Source: Macrostomum lignano (lineage: Eukaryota). From it: a DNA stretch of 46,145 nt. Below, piece by piece: positions 38,540-46,145 of the stretch. Location: the NCBI GenBank assembly GCA_002269645.1, contig NIVC01001080.1:1-46145 (forward strand). Direction: 5' to 3'. The notes below the pieces were generated by a model. It had not been told where the DNA came from and ran no database searches. It saw nothing but the letters and a program-made list of their open reading frames with translations. A program made the position numbers and the translations under genes. Position 1 is the stretch's first letter; each line of letters starts with the position of its first letter.

Positions 38540-38856
38540 GCTGAGGATCCGGCAGCTCAGAGTGGCGGACTCGGGCAGCTATCGCTGCTTGGGCTCAAAC
38601 CCAGCCGGCCGAGTCGACACCACCGGGTTTCTGATTGTCTACCCAACCAGGCGACCCTCGCGTAAGGACGGCAAAGATAAGCCGGATGCACCGTCTGACG
38701 TTGGAGGCGAGGGCGCCAAAGGAGACTCAGGAGCGGTGCAGACCGGCTTCTGCCAGCGCTTCAAACCGAACGTCTGCAGAGGATTTCTGGGCGGGCGAGA
38801 CGTCTTTGTACGGTCGAATATGTTCCAGTTTAACAAGGAGGCCGAACTGCTGCACC
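38540..38856 (+). CDS. ROR: ROR exon 3 (Ig second half, start of Frizzled CRD)
   Basis: Acceptor TTGCAG|G; LRIRQLRVADSGSYRC (D-x-G-x-Y-x-C) and GFCQRFKPNVC (CRD C1, C2); donor C|GTGAGT, phase 1. Confidence 0.92.
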
Positions 38857-39034
38857 GTGAGTTGTCTGGCCGTTGCTTGTTACAGCTGCTATTTGACAGA
38901 GAATGTCAACTTCTCAAAACCACCCTCAAACTGAACGGAATCTGAACTGGACTGTTCGACTCTCAAAATTGAGGCATCTAACAAACCAACGTCTTCTGAC
39001 CTTAAAAGAGGAAAAGAGAAAGAGGAAAAGTAGC

Positions 39035-39092
39035 CCTGTGCAATCCTGTGCAATCCTGTGCAATCCTGTGCAATCCTGTGCAATCCTGTGCA
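39035..39092. repeat. 10-bp tandem repeat (CCTGTGCAAT) x6
   Basis: Direct read. Confidence 0.9.
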
Positions 39093-39373
39093 ATGATACT
39101 GCGAACAACCAACTCCATTGCAGAGCCTTAATTTAGGACATGATGAAGTTCCGAAATTCCTCAAATTCATTCCCAGGGGCTACAAAGACAGGGGTCACAT
39201 GGGATGCTTTGGGCTCCGTTGTTTTGACCTCGTGCTCCATTTCAATGCCTGAAAAATAATGGCGCTCTGAAGCACCATTCAGAGCGTGAAAAATAAATAA
39301 AAACTACCTGAGAGTTAAATACGACCCAGAAGGTTATCCACATCTCTCCATCGTCTTTTCACGCGCACCGCAG

Positions 39374-39625
39374 TGCTACAACGAATGGCGGACATAGTGA
39401 ACGACACCCAGTGCACCCAGCCCGTCATGGAGACCCTGTGCCGATACAATTTTCCCGAGTGCCATCGACCGGTTTCCCCTGATGGCGCCGAGATTTTGGC
39501 GCCAATACCACGGCGCCTGTGCCGAACCGACTGCGAGAAAGTGACTCAGCACTGGTGCCGTGAGAACTTCGAGAAACTGCGAGCGAGCTTTAGCTACTAC
39601 CAGGAGAACACCCACTCAGACATTG
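39374..39625 (+). CDS. ROR: ROR exon 4 (Frizzled CRD core)
   Basis: Acceptor CGCAG|TG; CTQPVMETLCRYNFPEC...RLCRTDCE...WC (CRD C3-C8); donor G|GTAAGA, phase 1. Confidence 0.93.
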
Positions 39626-39702
39626 GTAAGAAATTTTCTAGCACAGAAGGAGTGCATTGTAGTCTTCTTTGAATTTGACTGCTCAACCTGCTCTCATTGC
39701 AG

Positions 39703-40185
39703 ACTATCTGGGGCTGCTGCCCAACTGTGCTGCGCTGCCCGCCGAGACCACTCTGTGCGTCAGTCTGGCGCCGGAGCTGCAGTCGACGACTTCGCCGCCT
39801 CAGCTGCCTCAAACGTCAACACGCAGCAGGCCAGCTGTCCAAGACTGCTATAACGCCAGCGATGCCACGGGCTATCGTGGACCGGCCGCGCGTAGTCGCT
39901 CCGGTCGCGTCTGCCTACCGTGGAGCCTCGTGCCCGGCTACGGAGCCCTTGGCGACCACAACCAGTGCCGCAGCCTGCCCGTTGCTGGCCCGTCTCTGGG
40001 GGTCGCCGGGTCCGCGGCAACTCCGCCGCCACCGCCGCCGCCCTGGTGCTTCGTGTCCGGCGCGGGCGAATGGGAGGACTGCGGCCTGCCGCCCTGCTCG
40101 CAGCCGCCGCAGCCTCCACCGGCGCGACCAGTTTTCCCCAATACGCCTCCTCTGGTGAAGTCGCCGCCGAAGCGAGCTGGTGGCG
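39703..40185 (+). CDS. ROR: ROR exon 5 (end of CRD, Kringle domain)
   Basis: Acceptor ATTGCAG|AC; LPNC...LC (CRD C9, C10); Kringle CYN...GYRG...SGRVCLPW...NQCR...PWCF...WEDCGLPPC; donor G|GTAAGT, phase 1. Confidence 0.93.
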
Positions 40186-40354
40186 GTAAGTTTGAACTCT
40201 ACATGGTGCACTGCAATTCACATTTAGCATGGACACCGTTGACGTGTTTACAATTGAAAGAAAATTATTTGTTCCTCCATTCAAGGCCACGCCATTGCTG
40301 ATGGAAACCGCAAAGTTGGAGACGAAGGAGACAGTGAAAAAATAGTCGTGTCAG

Positions 40355-40628
40355 TCAAGGAAATTCTACCTGTCGTGATTTCCCTGGCCGTCCTCTTACT
40401 CGTTGCCATCGTTCTAACCATAGTCTTCTGCGTTTATCGACGCTCAGCCAAGGCAGCCGCCGCTGCCGACGCGGCAGCAGCCGCAGCCGCCGACGATCCG
40501 TGCGGGCTGGCCAGCGGCAAGGCAATGCGGCTGGCGGCCACCAAGAAGTCCGTCTCGGACGTCAGACTGGATCTGCAGTGCACAACGCCGTTGCTCACGG
40601 CGCAGGAGTTTCCCATTACTCAGATTCG
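40355..40628 (+). CDS. ROR: ROR exon 6 (transmembrane helix, juxtamembrane region)
   Basis: ILPVVISLAVLLLVAIVLTIVFCVYRR; acceptor at 40354/40355 (an in-phase alternative exists at 40345/40346); donor CG|GTGAGA, phase 2. Confidence 0.88.
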
Positions 40629-40664
40629 GTGAGAAAAGCTTGACCGAAAACCCAGACTCATTTT

Positions 40665-40933
40665 AATGATGATAATTGATTAAACCTGCCTTAATGGCCA
40701 GATGTGCAACCGACAGCTCAGCCGCAGCTATTGCGCGGCGCACCTGAAAGCTGCGTACGGCTGTTCTGTCCAAGGACTGGGGGGGGGGGGTGTCGCCACA
40801 CAGCCTCAATTACCCTACCCATTTTACAGCTGGGTGAACTGAAGCAATACAGAGTTAAGTGTCTTGCTCAAGGAGAATCGAACCCCGACATTTCAGTCGC
40901 CCTCCGACTCTCTAACCACTGGGCTACAATCCC
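40665..40933 (-). mobile_element. tRNA-derived SINE, family 1, copy C (ROR intron 6), internally deleted
   Basis: Same body as copies A, B and D; AATCGAACC is the reverse complement of the B-box; head GGGATTGTAGCCCAGTGG. Confidence 0.88.
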
Positions 40934-41162
40934 AGTTGTAGGATTTTTATTGAAGACTCAATTTGACCCTTATAGTGCTTGCTACGAACTGAATGCCATG
41001 GAAACATCCTGTAAGCTTGCCGTACAAGCCAATGTAGAACGTAGACGTCCCCTCTCGGGAAGTACATGCAGCGAGAATCTCAGAGCTCTAGGAACCAAAA
41101 TTCTATTGCATCCAAATCCCAATGCAGATTTAATTATTCCAAAACTTCTCTCCCACTTTCAG

Positions 41163-42333
41163 ATTCGGAGAACTTCTCGGCGAGTCAGCGTTCGGTCGCG
41201 TCTACAAAGGTGAACTGATAGGCGTCTACAGCGAGACGTCTCTGACACCGGTGGCCATCAAGTGCTTGAACGGCAGTGCAGATGCGGCCCTGAAGGAGGA
41301 ATTCTCCCAGGAGCTTCAGCAGCTGGCCGGCCTGTCCCATCCCAATCTGCTGCGACTTCTGGGCGTGTCGCTGCGCCAGAGCCCCTGCTGCCTGGCCATG
41401 GAGCTGCCTCCGCACGGCGACCTTCACGAGTTCCTGGCCTACAGAAGTCCTCGAAGCGAACACAGCGGCGACTATCACGATCCCCTGAGCCAGGCTCAGA
41501 TGTTCCACATGGCCACTCAGGTGGCCTCCGCTGTGGAATACCTGACCCTGAGGTGCCTCGTCCATCGGGACATCGCGGCAAGAAATATTCAGCTGGGCGA
41601 CAAGCTGGAGTGCAAACTGAGCGACCTGGGCCAGTGCCGCGACATCTACGCGCCTGACTACTACCTGCTACGGCCGGGCAGCCGCCTGCCCATCCGCTGG
41701 ATGCCGCCCGAGGCCACGCTCTACGGCCAGTTCTCAACCCACAGCGATGCCTACAGCTTCGGGGTGCTGCTGTGGGAGATCTGGTCCTACGGCCTGCAGC
41801 CCTACTACGGCTATTCGAATAGTGACGTCATTGAGCTGGTGCGCAAGCGCCAGCTATTGGCCTGCCCGCCGGACTGCCCACCCAGGCTGTACAGCCTCAT
41901 GCTAGAGTGCTGGACCCAGCCGATGGTACATCGAGTGTCGGCCACTGAGATCTGCAATCGATTGAGACAGCTTCAAGCGGAGGTTCTGGTCGAACTGTCG
42001 ACTTCATCTCAGGGCTCGTCGGGCAACACCAACTCGACTGCGTTCAGCGGCGAACGGCCGATGGGGCAGCTGGCTCAGCCGGCCTCTCAGCGAGTCATTC
42101 CGGTGCCAGTGCCGCAGTTGAGTCCCCCAGGGTCCAGCGCGGGATCCGCGGCTCGACAACGGCGTACAGCAGCGGCGGCGGAAGCAGCTCAATGGTGCAG
42201 AGCTACCAGCTGCACGGACCGCCTCAGAGGCAGCCACTGGGACTGCGGCAGAACTTCCACTCCACCATGGCTGTCTGAACCGAACGGATTGCCGGCAATC
42301 AAAGTGCTGGATTTCCCCCCCCCCCCCGACTGA
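41163..42333 (+). CDS. ROR: ROR exon 7 (tyrosine kinase domain and S/P-rich tail); tail probably frameshifted at ~42151, true stop possibly 42278
   Basis: Acceptor ACTTTCAG|A, phase 2; LGESAFGRVYKG, VAIK, HRDIAARN, DLG (ROR-type replacement of DFG), IYAPDYY (YxxDYY loop), LPIRWMPPE, SDAYSFGVLLWE. Confidence 0.95.
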
Positions 42334-44043
42334 CATTTCCCATCCAAGATTTCAACTGCCTGACGCGATAGCGGTACTGGTGGCCGGGCATATGGCTGCA
42401 GCTTTTTGTAGTGCCGAGAGACCCGCTGGCGGACTGCATTGCATGTCGCCATCTGGCAATACCATCTCTGGACCGATTTGATAGGACCGAAGCCGCCGTG
42501 ACAAAGAGGGACACTCACTGTGATGGGCACAGCTGATGGAATGCAATTTGGACGCGATTCGAGAAGGAACTTTATGACGGCCCCCCAATCCTGTACAAGC
42601 GATCGTGACTTTGCATTGACATCCCAGGGACGCCTGACCCCAGCTAAAACCGCTGCAGTTTCGAGAGCCGAAAGTTCAGCCATTTTTACTAATAACATCA
42701 AGAGATAAACATTTTGACACAAGTGCAGCTGAGTTTCTTGGCTTTCCTTCACACTGTATCTGTTCCCGTAAGAAGCAATCGGCACCTCAACTTCATATCT
42801 ACTCGCTATAATTGTCAGTTTGAAAAAAAACTCTCCCGGAGCGACTTCACTGCGAACTCGTTGCATTATCAACACACCGTTGTTTTGAAGACGCTGGAAG
42901 CACAAAAATGCTTGTACATTTTGATCACTTTATTTCTGTTTAATCTTGTCAGTTCAACTCTCGTGTCTGGATGGCCTTTTGTTTTTATTTTGAGATAGGG
43001 AACTGCAAATGCGGGTCTCTAATAGCTGAAATATACTCCTGTTTCATACTTGCTTAATCGAAACTATGACTTTTATAACTGCGAGTCATAGTAATTTTCG
43101 ATAGGGATCGTGTTTGAACGTCAGCGCTGGCTGTGGCACGATGTCACCGAAGGCAGCCGATATTCATGAAAACTGAAAAGCATTCAAAGGAGTACATTCT
43201 GCTGAAATATGACCACATGTACATGTAGATGTATTTATTCGGTTCAGAATGGTTTCATATTCTCAACTACGAGTTCTATAAAGTACAAAACTGTTTACTT
43301 ATTGAATCACCTTTCCATCTAAAGAAGAGAATTCATGGCAAGAAGAGATGTGCAGAAAAAGCAGCGGGCCTCTGCATGCGCTGGAAGGCAGAGACGGCGG
43401 TTGCTAACCCCTGCCCCCAGGTGACTGACACTTTCAAGGGTGAGTCTCGAAGGTTGCGTCCAGTCAGCAATACTGGCCACCCTGAGCAGGAATTTCACAC
43501 TTTTCACTGAGCCAACAGCTGCCTGAGCTAAAGCAGCCTGTGCTGCTTTTAGAAGAAGAAGGAAAACGAAGCCAAAAAGTTGCTACAGAGTGGGTGGAGA
43601 GAGAAAAGTGAAGCAAAAGAAAATGCAATCCCGCAGACACTGAGCCGCAAGTGCCCAGCTCAGCTCAGAGGCAAACGAGCGCACGCAAACTCAAGCCCAG
43701 CTATATTTCAGAATTTAATAAGGAGGCCACTTAAACCTGTCTGTCTCCTAGTGCCGTCAAGTCAAATTCTTGGCTGCAAGCTCAGACTTTGAAGCGCGGC
43801 TTTTCGCTGGCGCAAGCAGAGCAGAGGCTACCCAGGAAAATATTCTGGACTGCAGCTTTCAACATGGGCCTGACATGACAAGGTCTAGATTTTCCGTTAT
43901 GCTTTAGACTGCTCTAGACAATAACAAAAATAATCAAATAATAACAGCGTCACAGGGTGCACTTAAAAGACTTGGGAGCGAACCTAGACCGGATCCGGGC
44001 AGAAGGCCAGAAGGCAGTCGACAAAATGACAATTGCGCATCAC

Positions 44044-44372
44044 TATTACTAATACTAATAATCATTATAATTGACTACACCTGCTTTGACGAACAGATGT
44101 GCAACCGACAGCTCAGCCGCAGCCATTGCGCGGTGCATCTGAAGGCTGCGTACGGCTGTTCAGTCCAAGGACTGGGGGTCTCCACACACCCTCAATTACC
44201 CCAGCTAATGCTGCATGGCATGGCACCCATTTTACAGCTGGGTGAACTGAAGCAATGCAAAGTAGTGTTTTGCACAAATTGTGGGACACAAATTGTTCCG
44301 AGTGGGCCAAGAATCGAACCCCCGATCTTTCAATAGGTGAGTCCGGCGCTCTAGCCACTAGGCTACAACCCC
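44044..44372 (-). mobile_element. tRNA-derived SINE, family 1, copy D
   Basis: Minus strand GGGGTTGTAGCCTAGTGGCTAGAGCGCCGGACTC...GGTTCGATTC, shared body, AT-rich tail at 44044-44072. Confidence 0.92.
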
Positions 44373-45354
44373 TTAGCTACAACCCCCTTAGCTACAACCA
44401 CCTTCTAGACTACAATCTCTTTGGCTACAACCCCCTTAGCTACAACCCCCTTCTAGACTACAATCTCTTTGGCTACAACCCCCTTTAGCTACAACCCCCT
44501 TACCTACACCCCCTTAGCTACAACCCCCTTCTAGACTACAATCTCTTTGGCTACAACCCCCTTTAGCTACAACCCCCTTACTTACACCCCCTTAGCTACA
44601 ACCCCCTTAGCTACAACCCCCTTAGGTACAACCCCCTTAGCTACAACCCCCTTAGCTACAACCCCCTTAGCTACAACCCCCTTAGCTACTTAACCCCCTT
44701 AGCTACAACCCCCTTAGGTACAAACCCCTTAGCTACAACCCCCTTAGCTACAACCCCCTTAGCTACAACTCTTTAGCTACAACCCCCTTAGCTACAACCC
44801 CCTTAGCTAAAACCCCCTTAGCTACAACCCCCTTAGCTACAACCCCCTTAGCTACAACCCCCTTAGCTACAACCCCCTCAGCTTAACCCCTTTAGCTAAA
44901 CCCCCTTAGCTACAACCCCCTTAGCTACAACCCCCTTAGCTACAACCCCCTTAGCTACAACCCCCTTAGCTAAAACCCCCTTAGCTACAACCCCCTTAGC
45001 TACAACCCCCTTAGCTACAACCCCCCTTAGCTACAACCCCCTTAGCTACAACCCCCTTAGCTACAACCTCCTTAGCTACAACCCCCTTAGCTACAACCCC
45101 CTTAGCTACAACCCCCTTAGCTACACCCCCTTAGCTACAACCCCCTTAGCTACTTAACCCCCTTAGCTACAACCCCTTAGGTACAAACCCCTTAGCTACA
45201 ACCCCCTTAGCTACAACCCCCTTAGCTACAACCCCCTTAGCTACAACTCTTTTAGTTACAACCCCCTTAGCTACACCCCCTTAGCTACAACCCCCTTAGC
45301 TACAACTTCCTTAGCTAGAACCCCTTAGCTACAACCCCCTTAGCTACAACCCCT
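44362..45354. repeat. 15-bp minisatellite (GCTACAACCCCCTTA), about 65 units, contiguous with the SINE D head
   Basis: Direct read; early units include a longer CTAGACTACAATCTCTTTGG variant three times. Confidence 0.97.
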
Positions 45355-45458
45355 CTGCAAGCGCAGAACTAATAGAAATTATCAGAAGTACAGCACTCGT
45401 ACAATGAACTAATGAACTAATAATAATATTTTAAGATACACCTGTTGAATAATTTCGC

Positions 45459-45968
45459 CTACACATCCTATACATCCTATACATCCTGCACATCCTACAC
45501 ATCCTACACATCCTGCACATCCTACACATCCTACACATCCTACACATCCTACACATCCTGCACATCCTACACATCCTGCACATCCTACACATCCTACACA
45601 TCCTGCACATCCTACACATCCTGCACATCCTACACATTCTTACACATCCTGCACATCCTACACATCCTACACATCCTGCACATCCTACACATCCTGCACA
45701 TCCTACACATCCTGCACATCCTACACATCCTACACATCCTGCACATCCTACACATCCTGCACATCCTACACATTCTTACACATCCTGCACATCCTACACA
45801 TCCTACACATCCTGCACATCCTACACATCCTGCACATCCTACACATCCTGCACATCCTGCACATCCTACACATCCTACACATCCTGCACATCCTACACAT
45901 CCTGCACATCCTACACATCCTTCACATCCTACACATCCTACACATCCTGCACATCCTACACATCCTAC
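45459..45968. repeat. 10-bp minisatellite (CACATCCTAC / CACATCCTGC), about 50 units
   Basis: Direct read. Confidence 0.97.
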
Positions 45969-46145
45969 TTTCGTTAATAACTAATCTGTTCTAAATATGA
46001 TCAGCTTATATTATATTAGAACAGCCATAAGATATACGGTTCTTTTATCATAAACTTGAAAAAGGAAAAAAATTGATGTCACCTGTATATTTGAAACTGT
46101 ATATTTGAAATCGGTTAACAAAAACTGGTGTCAAAGTCAGCCGAT

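Noticed and set aside
42189-42905. 238-aa minus-strand ORF and other antisense ORFs over the ROR and GPCR exons
   Set aside because: No recognisable motifs; shadow ORFs of GC-rich coding sequence.
44362-45354. Telomere-like repeat
   Set aside because: The unit is 15 bp, not TTAGGG, is internal to the window, and matches the adjacent SINE head.

Overview
Eukaryotic (metazoan) genomic DNA with spliceosomal introns, GC-rich exons and about 30% tandem repeat by hand tally; the style suggests a flatworm such as Macrostomum (inference, not shown by the sequence). Four protein-coding loci can be built with phase-consistent GT-AG junctions: two convergent two-exon rhodopsin-like GPCR paralogues (326-2723 +, carrying two 1-bp frameshifts; 5611-~7205 -), a two-exon Quiver/Sleepless-like Ly6/uPAR GPI-anchored protein (10321-11555 +), and a seven-exon ROR-family receptor tyrosine kinase (37101-42333 +; signal peptide, Ig, Frizzled CRD, Kringle, TM, kinase). 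Mobile DNA comprises four copies of one tRNA-derived SINE, a probable second SINE, a LINE 3' fragment and a ~650-bp foldback/MITE-like palindrome. About 25 unrelated micro- and minisatellite arrays account for almost all long ORFs in the track. No prokaryote-type system and no clearly new multi-gene system is evident. The most notable observations are a ~425-bp near-identical tract between otherwise diverged GPCR paralogues (gene conversion or misassembly), a SINE that supplies a GPCR stop codon, a 1-kb satellite that reiterates a SINE 5' end, and a minisatellite carrying 23 AP-1 consensus sites.
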